Assembly: GCA_963804995.1 (NCBI GenBank)
Contig: CAWDSK010000002.1
Coordinates: 1-64,000, forward strand
Length of the DNA stretch: 64,000 nt
Reading direction: 5' to 3'
Origin: an uncultured Acidobacteriota bacterium
Lineage (GTDB): Bacteria; Acidobacteriota; Terriglobia; UBA7540
Made by a program: the position numbers and the translations under genes. Below are positions 10,392-20,546 of this stretch, in pieces. A model generated the notes under the pieces. That model was not told the origin of the DNA. It searched no databases and saw nothing but the letters and a program-made list of their open reading frames with translations. Each line of letters begins with the position of its first letter. Positions within the stretch are counted from its first letter, which is position 1.

Positions 10392-10502
10392 TAGTCGAAA
10401 GTGAATAGCAGAAAGTCAAAGGTGAAGGGCGCTGCTTTATCGGGCGCCGGGATCGAAGGGCTTTTAGCTTTCGACTATAGACTATGGACTGTGGACTGTT
10501 CT

Positions 10503-10685
10503 ATGCAACAACGAGCCCAAATGCCCGTCCAATGCCCCATTTGCAGTTGGCGGCATTTCATGGAAATTGAAGTCGAGGAGAAAGACTTTGCGTCAGGCGC
10601 CGAACTTCGCAAGCACCTGGAGGCCTGGATCGCCTCGCGCTGCCCAGACCACCTCGGGCCGATTATGGAGATGAGCAAGAACTAA
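10503..10685 (+). CDS. Small hypothetical protein with CxxC..CxxH (putative Zn-binding)
   Basis: MQQRAQMPVQCPICSWRH..SRCPDHLG, 60 aa, co-oriented after dnaK. Confidence 0.55.
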   Translation: MQQRAQMPVQCPICSWRHFMEIEVEEKDFASGAELRKHLEAWIASRCPDHLGPIMEMSKN

Positions 10686-10719
10686 ACGGTGGAGGTTTCC
10701 CCCGCATGTTATGGGGGGA

Positions 10720-10998
10720 TTAGAGATTTCGGTAGATGGAACTCCGGTGCTCAACGGCATACAGTGTGAGCCGTCGCTCGGAATGATCGACCCAAAAGAT
10801 TACGCGATAGTCGCCGACGCGGTATTTTTGAAGGCCGGCAAGGTCGGGCGGCATGTTCTTAAGAGGCTATGAAAGATTGCCTGGATGAGCAGCTAGCCAT
10901 TCGATTTTCATGGCCAACCGCCTGGCCACTTGGCGATCAAGCTTTTTGAAGTCTCGTTCGAACGTGGGAGTGGTCTGGATTCGATATGGGTCGTTCAT
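10720..10998 (-). pseudogene. RelE/ParE-family toxin with internal in-frame TAG
   Basis: Manual translation: MNDPYRIQTTPTFERDFKKLDRQVARRLAMKIEWLAAHPGNLS*PLKNMPPDLAGLQKYRVGDYRVIFWVDHSERRLTLYAVEHRSSIYRNL. The stop is at 10867-69. Confidence 0.85.
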
Positions 10999-11074
10999 GA
11001 TGGTGCAAAGATCAAGCGGTCGCAGGACCCCACGGGCGCTTATTTATATGATGATTAAAGGCCCTGGCGAATCT

Positions 11075-11284
11075 TCACCTAAGATCGAGCTCTCGTTTGA
11101 GTTCATCGAAAGTGCGGCTCTTGCCAGCCCGATGTTGTCGCCGGGCCTGCCGTAATTTCTTGAGAAGAACGGGGTTCGTTGAAACCAAATAGTCCTCCAA
11201 GTCGCTCTGGAAATCGTCGAACACTTGGCCGGCTCGGACGAACTTCCTTAGAAGGGCGGTAGGAACTTCGATGGTTTGTGACAT
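11075..11284 (-). CDS. Putative antitoxin upstream of the RelE-like toxin
   Basis: 69 aa with an antitoxin-like C-terminus (LEDYL..KKLRQARRQHRAGKSRTFDELKREL); lies 5' of the toxin. Confidence 0.7.
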   Translation of the reverse strand: MSQTIEVPTALLRKFVRAGQVFDDFQSDLEDYLVSTNPVLLKKLRQARRQHRAGKSRTFDELKRELDLR

Positions 11285-11505
11285 TTCAAGCCTCGGAACC
11301 ATTATAGCGAGAATTAGGCCCGTGGGCAAGTTTGCGGTCGCTTGTTGTCAAAAGACAGAAGTCAGCAGCTAGAAGTCAGACGCCAGGAAACAAAGGCCGG
11401 AGGCTTGCCAGGCTATAGGACCAGGCCAAAGTACGGAACATAGTAAGCGTGCTGCCGTCTGAACCCTTGCTACTGTGCCTGGCTTCTATTTTCCAGGATT
11501 TCGAT

Positions 11506-12711
11506 ATGCCCGCTGGCACACAAAAAGATTACTACGCGACCCTTGGCGTCAGCCGCACCGCCAAGCCGGAGGAGATCCGCAAAGCGTATCGGCATCTGGC
11601 GCGCAAGCATCACCCGGACGTCAACCCGGGAAATAAGGGCGCGGAGGAAAAGTTCAAACAACTCTCCGAAGCCTACGAAATCTTGAGCGACGAGAAGAAG
11701 CGCAAGATCTACGACCAGTACGGCTTCTACTCTGACAATCTCCCTCCGGGAGGGTACGGGCCGGGTCCCGCGGGCCACACACCTTCTCCGGCGCCGGACG
11801 TTGACTTCTCCGGTTTCGACTTTTCCAATGTGGATGACTCTGGTCCGGAGGCCGGTCGCCAGGCGGGCGGAGGTTTCGGTGGGGGGTTCCGCGATATCTT
11901 CTCCCAGATCTTCTCGCGGGGCGAACGCGAGGCCGCCAGCGAGGAGCCGGAAAAGGGTTCCGACATCGAATACCGGATGCACTTGGGCTTTTGGGACGCC
12001 ATCCGGGGAACGCAGGTGCGCATCACCGTGGCGCGCGAGGAAGCCTGCCCCACCTGCCATGGAACCGGCTCGACCGCCGGTCCTGCGGTCACCTGCGCAA
12101 ATTGTGGAGGAACCGGCAAGGCCAATCGCCAAGTCGGCGCCATGCGCTTTGCCATGACCTGCCCCCAGTGCGGGGGAACCGGGAAGCAGCGCCGGCCCTG
12201 CCCCCATTGCCACGGCACCGGCGCGATTCGCAAGCCCGAGACCTTCGAGGTGCGCATTCCCCCCGGCGTCGACACGGGCTCACGCGTGCGTGTTCCCGGC
12301 AAAGGAAACGCGGGAATTCATGGAGGCCCCGCCGGCGATCTCTACATTGTCACGGAAGTGGAGCCGCACGCCGTGTTCGAGCGCAAAGGCGATAACATCT
12401 ACGTGAAACTTCCCGTCACCATCACGGAGGCGGCGTTGGGCGCCAAGGTCGACGTCCCGACCATCGACGGCCTGAGCACCATCAAGATTCCTCCCGGCAC
12501 GCAGAGTGGCCAGAAGCTGCGCTTGCGGGGCAAGGGGGCGCCCTCGCTGCGGGAGTCCTCGGGCGAACTGCGCGGCGACCAGTTTGTGGATGTGCAGGTC
12601 ATGGTGCCGCACGTCGCAGATGAGCGTACCAAGGAAATCCTGCGCGAACTGGCGCGCCTGAATCCTGACGACCCCAGGAAGGACTTGAAGAACGTAGGCG
12701 GTAGGCAGTAG
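11506..12711 (+). CDS. dnaJ: Co-chaperone DnaJ
   Basis: J-domain with HPD, G/F-rich region, four CxxCxGxG repeats and C-terminal domain. Confidence 0.96.
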   Translation: MPAGTQKDYYATLGVSRTAKPEEIRKAYRHLARKHHPDVNPGNKGAEEKFKQLSEAYEILSDEKKRKIYDQYGFYSDNLPPGGYGPGPAGHTPSPAPDVDFSGFDFSNVDDSGPEAGRQAGGGFGGGFRDIFSQIFSRGEREAASEEPEKGSDIEYRMHLGFWDAIRGTQVRITVAREEACPTCHGTGSTAGPAVTCANCGGTGKANRQVGAMRFAMTCPQCGGTGKQRRPCPHCHGTGAIRKPETFEVRIPPGVDTGSRVRVPGKGNAGIHGGPAGDLYIVTEVEPHAVFERKGDNIYVKLPVTITEAALGAKVDVPTIDGLSTIKIPPGTQSGQKLRLRGKGAPSLRESSGELRGDQFVDVQVMVPHVADERTKEILRELARLNPDDPRKDLKNVGGRQ

Positions 12712-12884
12712 GCACGGAGAATTCTGAATTATGAATTCTGAAAGCGAGTAGTGAGCAATAGATCGTGATAGGGAATGCGGATGCGCCCACACGCGAGTTT
12801 CGAATTTCGAGTTTCGATTTTCGAAATCGGCTGACCGCTTTTCGCTTTCAACTTTGAACTTTTGACTTTCAACTGGTTTTTCCC

Positions 12885-13292
12885 ATGGCCAAACGTGGCA
12901 GGAAAACTCGTGGCAAGGCTGGCTACATGATCTCGGCGGTGGCCGAGATCTACCATATCCATCCCCAGACGCTGCGCCTGTACGAGCGGGAGGGCTTACT
13001 GATTCCCTCACGCTCCAACGGCAACACGCGCCTTTATACGCAGGACGATTTGGAGCGCCTTGAGACCATTCTGAATCTCACCCGCGACATGGGCGTGAAC
13101 CTGGCCGGCATCGAGATCATCCTGAATATGCGCACCCGCATGCGGCGCATGCAGGATGAGATGCAGGCCTTCGTGGACTTCGTGCAGAAGGAACTGCTGG
13201 AGCGCTCGGAAAAAGATCGCGATCGCATTGAGCACGCCCTGGTGCGGGTCGCCCCACCCCAGATTATCCGCATGCGCGGGGGTTCAAGGTAG
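12885..13292 (+). CDS. hspR: MerR-family heat-shock repressor HspR
   Basis: YMISAVAEIYHIHPQTLRLYEREGLLIPSRSNGNTRLY and GVNLAGIEIIL; follows dnaJ. Confidence 0.88.
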   Translation: MAKRGRKTRGKAGYMISAVAEIYHIHPQTLRLYEREGLLIPSRSNGNTRLYTQDDLERLETILNLTRDMGVNLAGIEIILNMRTRMRRMQDEMQAFVDFVQKELLERSEKDRDRIEHALVRVAPPQIIRMRGGSR

Positions 13293-13297
13293 CGGTC

Positions 13298-13399
13298 GGC
13301 GTTCTCATCAGCCGGGGCGGGACGGGCCTACGCCCACCGAAGGGGTCCCCGAGATCCGTAAACGACCTTGGCTTCGGCCCGCAGGCGGGTGAGGGGTCA
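13298..13399. repeat. CCCTCACC/CTCTCCC-type REP-like element
   Basis: Reverse-complement homolog of 40562-40695; related pieces at about 830-853, 20040-20168 and 61397-61467. Confidence 0.65.
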
Positions 13400-13482
13400 C
13401 TAAATGTCCCGCTGATCCCACACCTCACAAATCTTCCCCCTCCTGCCCGCCCTTGGTTTAGAATCACTGCGAAGCAATCCCC

Positions 13483-14268
13483 ATGGCCATAAAGAACTGC
13501 CCCCAATGTGACGGTACGGGATGGAAGCCGGTCGAGGTGGACGGTATCCGCCGCGTGGCGCCGTGCGATTGCCAGAATGTGGAGCGGGCCGTCCTGCTGC
13601 TCAAACAGGCGCGCATCCCGCCCCGCTATGAGCACTGTGAACTCGCGAACTTCGACGTGCGCAAGAATATGGATACAGGCCACGCGAATCCCAGCCTGAC
13701 CGCCGCCAAGATTTATGCCCAACGTTTTGTGGAGGAATACCCCGCCGACTTCGGTCTGCTCTTCGTGGGGCCTACGGGAGTGGGGAAAACGCACCTGGCC
13801 GTCGCCGTGCTTCGCGAACTGATGCTGCGCAAGGGTGTGGAGTGCCTCTTCTACGATTTCCACGACCTCCTGAAGACTATCCGCGACAGTTACAACCCGG
13901 GTACCCAGAACACGGAGCTCGGCATCCTGCAACCAGTGCTGGATGCGGACGTGCTTTTACTCGATGAGTTGGCGGGCTCCAACCCTAGTGACTGGGTGAA
14001 GGAGACGTTACATCACATCATAAACTGGCGCTATAACTACAAAAAGGTTACCCTCATCACCACCACCATGCTCTCTCGCGATCTCTCCGGGCGGCGCGTG
14101 AGTAGCCAGCCTTCCGGCGAAGCCATCCCCGATCTGGATTACACTTTGAATCAATTGGGAGTCACTCTGCGGTCGCGGCTCTACGAAATGTGCAAGCTCG
14201 TGGAGATGAATTCGGACGACTACCGCAAGGCCATCAAACAGGCAGGTTACAAATTCCACGTCGAGTAA
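13483..14268 (+). CDS. DnaC/IstB-like AAA+ ATPase (helicase-loader-like)
   Basis: N-terminal CPQCDGTGW..PCDC, Walker A GPTGVGKTHLA, Walker B LLLDEL, and RSRLYEMC. Confidence 0.85.
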   Translation: MAIKNCPQCDGTGWKPVEVDGIRRVAPCDCQNVERAVLLLKQARIPPRYEHCELANFDVRKNMDTGHANPSLTAAKIYAQRFVEEYPADFGLLFVGPTGVGKTHLAVAVLRELMLRKGVECLFYDFHDLLKTIRDSYNPGTQNTELGILQPVLDADVLLLDELAGSNPSDWVKETLHHIINWRYNYKKVTLITTTMLSRDLSGRRVSSQPSGEAIPDLDYTLNQLGVTLRSRLYEMCKLVEMNSDDYRKAIKQAGYKFHVE

Positions 14269-14461
14269 GCTGCGGCCGGCATTTCACCGCCAGCGTCGTC
14301 CGAGGTGCGTGGTAAGAAGTTTAGCTCGGCTTGGGTACGATTTCCCGAAGGTTTACCACCACTTCCCGCACAGCAGCACGAATTCCGCTGGTAATCGAAT
14401 TGCTCTGGGTATGACCTGCCGTGAAATTCCACAAAAACGGCAAGGGACTCGGACATTTGGT

Positions 14462-17269
14462 ATGACTTTAGGCAGGAGATTGCTCCCCTTACTTACTTTC
14501 AGTGCTGCTTGGGCGGTCATTATTCTCCCTGCTGTGGGCTTACACGCCCAGCAGCCCAAGCCTCTGCCGGGAAGCGACCTGTGCCTGGGTTGTCACGAAG
14601 CCAGCCGCCGCACGGGCAAGCGCCAGCCGGAAATCCCGCCTCCCTTCAATGAGGCTGCTCTGCGGGCCTCTCCCCACGCCTCACTGGAGTGCACCAATTG
14701 TCACAGCGATCTGGAGGGCAAAAAAGAATTTCCCCACCCCGCAAAGCTCACGGCGGTCGACTGCGGGGCATGCCACGCGGATGAAAAACAGCAGCATGCG
14801 GAAAGCCTGCACGGGAGAGCGGCCAAACGCGGTGACCCGCTGGCCCCTCGTTGCACGGACTGTCACGGCACGCACAACATTCTACGGCCTACCGATCCCG
14901 GTTCTCCCACCGGTACGACCCAAATCCCCTTGTTATGCGGCCGCTGTCACCACGAAGGCTCGCCCGTCTCGCTTACTCACGACATCCCGCAAGACCAGAT
15001 CCTGGAGAATTATACCGAAAGCATCCACGGCGAGGGTTTGTTCCGGCGGGGTCTCATCGTCACCGCGGTTTGCACAAGTTGCCACACGGCGCACTTCATT
15101 TTGCCGCACACCGATCCCCGTTCTTCGATCTCCAAACAGAACATCGCCCATACTTGTACGAAGTGCCATGCGCTGATTGAGACCGTGCACCGCAGGGTCA
15201 TTCGCGGCGAGTTGTGGGAGAAACACCCGGGCCTCATCCCCGCCTGCGTGGACTGCCACGAGCCCCACAAGATCCGGCGCGTCTTCTATGCCCAGGGGAT
15301 GGCGGATCAAGACTGCCAGCGCTGCCATGGCAAACCGGAGTTGAAAACTGCCAGCGGCGGGCGCTCCATGTTCGTGAACGAGCAGGAACTTTCCGGGTCG
15401 CGGCACGCGCGGACCGCCTGCGTGCAATGCCATGCCGGCGGCGACCCATCCCTGGCGCGGCCTTGTGCCACCATAACCGCCAAGGTTGATTGCTCGGTTT
15501 GCCACGCCGCCGCCGTGGAGCAATTCCAGGAGAGCACCCACGGACAGTTGCTGGCACAAGGCAGCCCGGACGCGCCCGCGTGCGCGGACTGTCACGGCAA
15601 ACACGGAATCCTCAGCAGGAACGATGCCCACTCGCCAACCTTCTCGCGCAACGTTCCGACCCTGTGCGGTAATTGCCACCGCGCGGGGCAGCGGGCGGCG
15701 CTCCGTTATAAAGGCACGCAAATCAACGTCGTGGAACATTACCAGGAGAGCATTCACGGCCAGGGGCTACTTAAGAGCGGGCTCACGGTGACGGCCAATT
15801 GCGCCGACTGCCACACGCCTCACCGCGAGCTACCCAGCCGCGACCTGCGTTCCAGCATCAACCCGCGAAACGTGGCGGCCACCTGCGGGCGGTGCCACCG
15901 CGGCATCTACGAGTCTTACATCACCAGCATTCACTCCGCCCAGGTGTCCAAATCCACCAAGCCCCTGCCGGTGTGCAGCGATTGCCACTCCGCGCACACC
16001 ATCAAGCGGACTGATCTTTCGGACTTCCGCCTCCACATCATGGACCAATGCGGCAGGTGTCATGAAGCCATCGCCAAGACCTACTTCGAGACTTACCACG
16101 GCAAGGTCTCCAAGCTGGGCTACGTGAAAACCGCGAAGTGCTACGACTGTCATGGGGCTCATGACGTCCGCTCTATAACGGATCCGGCTTCCCGGCTCAG
16201 CCGAGCGAATGTCGTGAAGACCTGCGCTCAGTGCCATCCCGGCTCCAACCGTCGCTTTGCGGGATATCTAACCCATGCCACTCACCATGATCCCGAAAAG
16301 TATCCCTTTCTGTTCCTCACTTTCTGGGGAATGACCTCGCTTTTGATGGGCACCCTGGTGGTGGCCGGACTGCATACGGCGGCCTGGCTGCCCCGTTCGC
16401 TCCAGTACAGCAGGGAGTTGAAGGCGAACGGCAATCTCGAGGGCGCGTCCTACGTGCGACGCTTCCGGCCGTTTGACCGCAATTTGCACCTCATGGTCAT
16501 CACCAGTTTTCTGGGCCTGGCGATGACGGGTATGATGCTGAAGTTCTCCTACACGCGTTGGGCACAGGTGCTTTCGCATCTGCTGGGAGGCTTCGAAGGC
16601 GCCGGGCTCATCCATCGCCTCTGCGCCCTGCTGACCTTTACCTATTTCGGCTTGCACGTCTGGGACCTGATACGCCAGCGCCGGGCAAGCGGCAAGACCT
16701 GGCGACAGCTCATCTTCAGCCCCGAGAGCATGGTGTTCAATCGCCGCGACGGACGGGAGTTCATCGCCTCGCTCAAGTGGTTTGCGGGCAAAGGGCCGCG
16801 CCCCGAATATGGCCGCTGGACGTACTGGGAAAAGTTTGATTACTTCGCGGTGTTTTGGGGCGTGGCGATCATCGGCAGCACCGGCTTATTCCTCTGGTTC
16901 CCGGAATTCTTCACGCGACTGCTCCCCGGCTCGTTGATCAACGTGGCCACCATCATCCACAGTGACGAGGCGCTGCTGGCCGTAGGGTTCATCTTCACCG
17001 TGCACTTCTTCAACACCCACTTCCGTCCGGAGCGATTTCCCATCGACACGGTGGTGTTTACCACCGGCGAGCCGCTGGAGAAGTTCAAGCTTGACCGCCC
17101 ACGCGAGTACCGGGAATTGCTCGAGCGGGGGGAACTGGAAAAACATCTGATACCGGCTCCGCCACCGGTTGTCGTGACGTTCTGGCGGCGTTTCGGCTTC
17201 ACGGCCTTGACCATCGGATTGGTCATGATCGTCCTCATCCTCTATGCCGCAATCTTCGCTTACAAGTAA
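14462..17269 (+). CDS. Multiheme cytochrome c (19 CxxCH) fused to a C-terminal cytochrome b membrane domain (CbcL-like)
   Basis: Signal peptide; 19 CxxCH counted; C-terminal helices with LHLMVITSFLGLAMTG, YWEKFDYFAVFWG and IIHSDEALLAVGFIFTVHFF. Confidence 0.9.
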   Translation: MTLGRRLLPLLTFSAAWAVIILPAVGLHAQQPKPLPGSDLCLGCHEASRRTGKRQPEIPPPFNEAALRASPHASLECTNCHSDLEGKKEFPHPAKLTAVDCGACHADEKQQHAESLHGRAAKRGDPLAPRCTDCHGTHNILRPTDPGSPTGTTQIPLLCGRCHHEGSPVSLTHDIPQDQILENYTESIHGEGLFRRGLIVTAVCTSCHTAHFILPHTDPRSSISKQNIAHTCTKCHALIETVHRRVIRGELWEKHPGLIPACVDCHEPHKIRRVFYAQGMADQDCQRCHGKPELKTASGGRSMFVNEQELSGSRHARTACVQCHAGGDPSLARPCATITAKVDCSVCHAAAVEQFQESTHGQLLAQGSPDAPACADCHGKHGILSRNDAHSPTFSRNVPTLCGNCHRAGQRAALRYKGTQINVVEHYQESIHGQGLLKSGLTVTANCADCHTPHRELPSRDLRSSINPRNVAATCGRCHRGIYESYITSIHSAQVSKSTKPLPVCSDCHSAHTIKRTDLSDFRLHIMDQCGRCHEAIAKTYFETYHGKVSKLGYVKTAKCYDCHGAHDVRSITDPASRLSRANVVKTCAQCHPGSNRRFAGYLTHATHHDPEKYPFLFLTFWGMTSLLMGTLVVAGLHTAAWLPRSLQYSRELKANGNLEGASYVRRFRPFDRNLHLMVITSFLGLAMTGMMLKFSYTRWAQVLSHLLGGFEGAGLIHRLCALLTFTYFGLHVWDLIRQRRASGKTWRQLIFSPESMVFNRRDGREFIASLKWFAGKGPRPEYGRWTYWEKFDYFAVFWGVAIIGSTGLFLWFPEFFTRLLPGSLINVATIIHSDEALLAVGFIFTVHFFNTHFRPERFPIDTVVFTTGEPLEKFKLDRPREYRELLERGELEKHLIPAPPPVVVTFWRRFGFTALTIGLVMIVLILYAAIFAYK

Positions 17270-17369
17270 TGCAACAGGCCGTTTGTGCGGGAACTCATCC
17301 CGATAATCTGATTCGCGATGACACTCCACGGCCGGAGCTTGCCCTGAGCATCGCGAAGCGATGTCCGCG

Positions 17370-19581
17370 TTACGGCGCGCGCGTCGGCTTGGGGGTGGAA
17401 GGCGGGTGCGTGCTAACGGCCTTGGCCTCGATTTTCGGCGGTGAAGGATCTGGCGGTGCATCTTCCTCTCTCACCTCGTGCTCGGGAGCGCGACCGGTTA
17501 GCACAGTCCACTTGAGTGGGTAAACGTCCGGGTCGAAGATGACGAAGTAGAAGTGCCAAATCAGGATGGAGAAGGTGGCCAGAATTGCTTCGTAGAAGTG
17601 CACCGCCGTGGTAACAGCCAGCACCGACAACGCATAAGGGAGTTTGGCCAGGACCCAGTCGTGGGCCCAAAGCAGGATGCCGGTGATGGCCATAACGATG
17701 GTGCCCCACACCAGCGCCCAGTATTCCGCTTTCTCCATGTAATTGAAGCGCGCGTAGCGGGGCAACGTGGGGCGATATCCCAGGTTATGACCGACCGTCT
17801 GTACGGCCTCGCGCACGTCCCGGACTTTGGGGAGCATATCCTTCACCCAGCGGCGGCCGTCGCGGTGGGTCGCGAGATAGATCACGTGATAGATCGAAGC
17901 CGCGATCAGTACCACTCCGGCAATGCGGTGCAACAACCCGCGCAACGGGAAGTCCTTCTCCCAACGGACAATGGGTTCCGCCCAGAATGAATGCGGATAC
18001 TTAAGTGCGAAGCCGGTGACGACCAGGAGGATGAAACTCCCCAGCAACAGCACATGCTGCGTGCGCTCGTTGAGCGAAAGGCGCATCTGGCCGTGGCCTT
18101 CACGATTCTGCGCCAGCACGCGGCGCGCCTTGCGCCACCAGTCGAGGAAGTTATGAAGCAGCATGAACCCGAGTATCACGGGAATGGCCAGCAGGTAAAA
18201 AGCCTTCACGAAATCCAGCGCCCGGCCGCCCGCGGTCGAGGTGGGCAGGGTGTGCACCATGCCAATCACGAATCGTTCCCCGGCATCAGGATGGCACTTG
18301 CCGCACGTCTTGCCCAAGTTCGCCTTGTTGACGGTGGAGCGTGGATCCGTGGAGCGATAAATGTTGTGCACGCCATGGCAACTGGCGCAATTGGCGACGG
18401 TCTGCTGCCCCGAGCGTGAAGCCAGGCCGTGATAGCTGTCCTCGTAGGTGGGCACACGCCCGGTCGGCACATTGAAGCGCCCCATCAACCGGGTGTCGGC
18501 ATGACAGCGCGAGCAGGTGACTTGCGAAACATTGGCCAGGGAGACCGGCGACTGCGGATTCCCCGGGGCCAGGATGCGGTGCTCGCCATGGCAATCCGTG
18601 CAAGTGGCGGCATCGAGCACGCCCGCCTGGACCGCCTGCCCGTGGATACTCCCCTTATATATATCGAAGACATTGCCGTGGCATTTGCCGCAAGTTCCTG
18701 CCACATTCTGCTTCCAGATTTTCGAGCGCGGGTCAGACAACGCCAGGATGTCGTGAACTCCGTGGCAGTCATTGCACGCCGCCGCTTTCAGATTGCCTTG
18801 CTGGATGGCGCGGCCGTGTACGCTCGAACGCGTAGGCTTCTACGGGCTTGGCCACCTCGAAAAGGTACTTCGAGGCCAGCGCGGGATTGGAATGGCAGTG
18901 GCCGCAGGTGTCAGGCAGATTCACCTTGTTCACAGGCGAGGCCACCTCGGTGGAGGCGACCACTTGATGCGCGGGACCGTGGCAGCTCTGGCAGGTCGGA
19001 GCATCTCCATTCAGTCTTGCATGAGCGCGGCCGTGAATGCTTCCGTTGTATTGACTCACCTCCGTAGCGTGGCAGGTGGCACAGAATTGGGGGCCGCGCG
19101 ATGCCGCCTTCCCGACATCATGCGTGCCGTGGCAGGTGATGCAGGTCGAGCTGTCTTTGGGGTCGCCCAGCATGGCGTGGGCGCTCGTGTTGAGCTTCGC
19201 CGCAACGTCCGCGTGACAGGTCAGGCACGAGGCTGCCGCCGTCTTTGCAGTGTGCCCGGACTTGGCCGCTCCCGCGTGGCAGTCCACACAATGGAAGTCT
19301 TTGTGAACACTATGCGCCAAGGCCTCAGGCTTCACCGTGATGGCTTTGCCCGCGGAGTTCACTAGCCCCGTGGCCGGACCATGGCAGTCAAGACAATCGT
19401 CCGCAGCGCGGAGCGGAGCTGCGGCGAAGGAGAGAACGACGAAGAGTCCGATCAGGACAACAAGTCCTACCCTCCGTGGATTCAGTGCCTGCCGGGTCTG
19501 GAAGCCTCGCGTTGCGCCGGGGTCGTACCATCTGGTGGCCATGGGTCTCGTCGGGGTTCTAAATTGGGGCAAAATGCGCAT
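17370..19581 (-). CDS. Multiheme cytochrome c (13 CxxCH) fused to a cytochrome b domain; frameshift near 18827
   Basis: ORFs 18769-19581 and 17370-18740 join when one T is removed (GCGTTCGAGC to AYASSVHG). 7+6 CxxCH; FNYMEKAEYWALVWG and VHFYEAILATFSILIWHFY. Confidence 0.85.
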
Positions 19582-19884
19582 GTTTTCGAGCGGTTAGGGA
19601 CACTTTGCTACTTCCTGCAGCCTCCGTACAAGACTTTGCAGTTCTTGTGCCGCAAATGTCAACAATTTCAATGGCCATACCCTGACATATCAACCGAAGA
19701 GAAAATGGAAACTGTTGCTGCGGGGCAGGGCTGGGAATCGGGAGATCGGTTGATCGGGCGATCCGGTGATCGGTACATTTGTGAATGGCGAATTGTGATT
19801 GGTGATTTTCGAAGTCAGCATTTGATTCATCTTCTCACCTGGCACCGCCGATTTCCGATGTGGGGAAGTGTGTGCCGCCGGGGA

Positions 19885-20002
19885 CTAGGAGCCCGTCGGA
19901 GATAGATTTCGTTGTACGTAGAATTAATAACTTAGCGAGATTCGAGTGTCTGTAAGTTATTGATTCTTCGTTGACGAATTATTATTTCCGACACACTCCT
20001 AG
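19885..20002. mobile_element. MITE A, CTAG-flanked
   Basis: Imperfect terminal IRs CTAG-GAGCCCGTCGGA..TCCGACACACTC-CTAG; internal inverted AATTAATAACTTA / TAAGTTATTGATT. Confidence 0.65.
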
Positions 20003-20209
20003 TGTGGTGTCCCGTGTTAGAGTTGACAATGGGTAGAACCCCCTCACCCGTCTGGCCTCGGCTGATGAGAACGCCTCGGCCAGCCACCCTCTCCCCCAAA
20101 GGGGCGAGGGCAAGAGAAATAACTCTCCCCTCGCCCCTTTGGGGGAGAGGGGCTGGGGGGTGAGGGGGTCGGACAGCCTTGTCAAATATTAACCGGGACA
20201 CCACACTAG
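19999..20209. mobile_element. MITE B, CTAG-flanked, carrying a CCCTCACC REP doublet
   Basis: Perfect 16-bp IR CTAGTGTGGTGTCCCG..CGGGACACCACACTAG plus inner TTGACAA/TTGTCAA. Confidence 0.75.
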
Positions 20210-20299
20210 CGATCGGGTGATCCGGTGGTCGGGTGATCGGTACATTTGTGAATGGCGGCGGCTTGCTCCATTTTTCTTCCCATTTTCTTCACTAACTAC

Positions 20300-20546
20300 C
20301 TTTCTTTTCATAAACATCGTGGCAAAACAACCGCAACTTACTTGTTTTCATCAACATCGTTAGACTTGCCAAATTGTCGCTTTTGTTTTCCTTTGTTTTC
20401 ATACACATCGTTAGACTATCCTGATTGAAATTATTTGCGCTATTTTTCTTACTGCAGAAAATGTAACTCATTTAATTTCAACTAGATAGGTTTTTGCTAA
20501 AAAACCCCTTCTCACGCCTAACCACCTTTATTTTCATGAACATCTT
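20300..20546. repeat. Dispersed TTTTCATNNACATC direct repeats (4 copies)
   Basis: Copies near 20304, 20343, 20394 and 20530; two share ACATCGTTAGACT. Confidence 0.7.

Noticed and set aside
13483..14268. IS21 element or prophage
   Set aside because: No istA, terminal repeats or phage genes are adjacent.
20300..20546. Mini-CRISPR or replication iterons
   Set aside because: The repeats are short, degenerate and irregularly spaced; no cas or rep gene is nearby.
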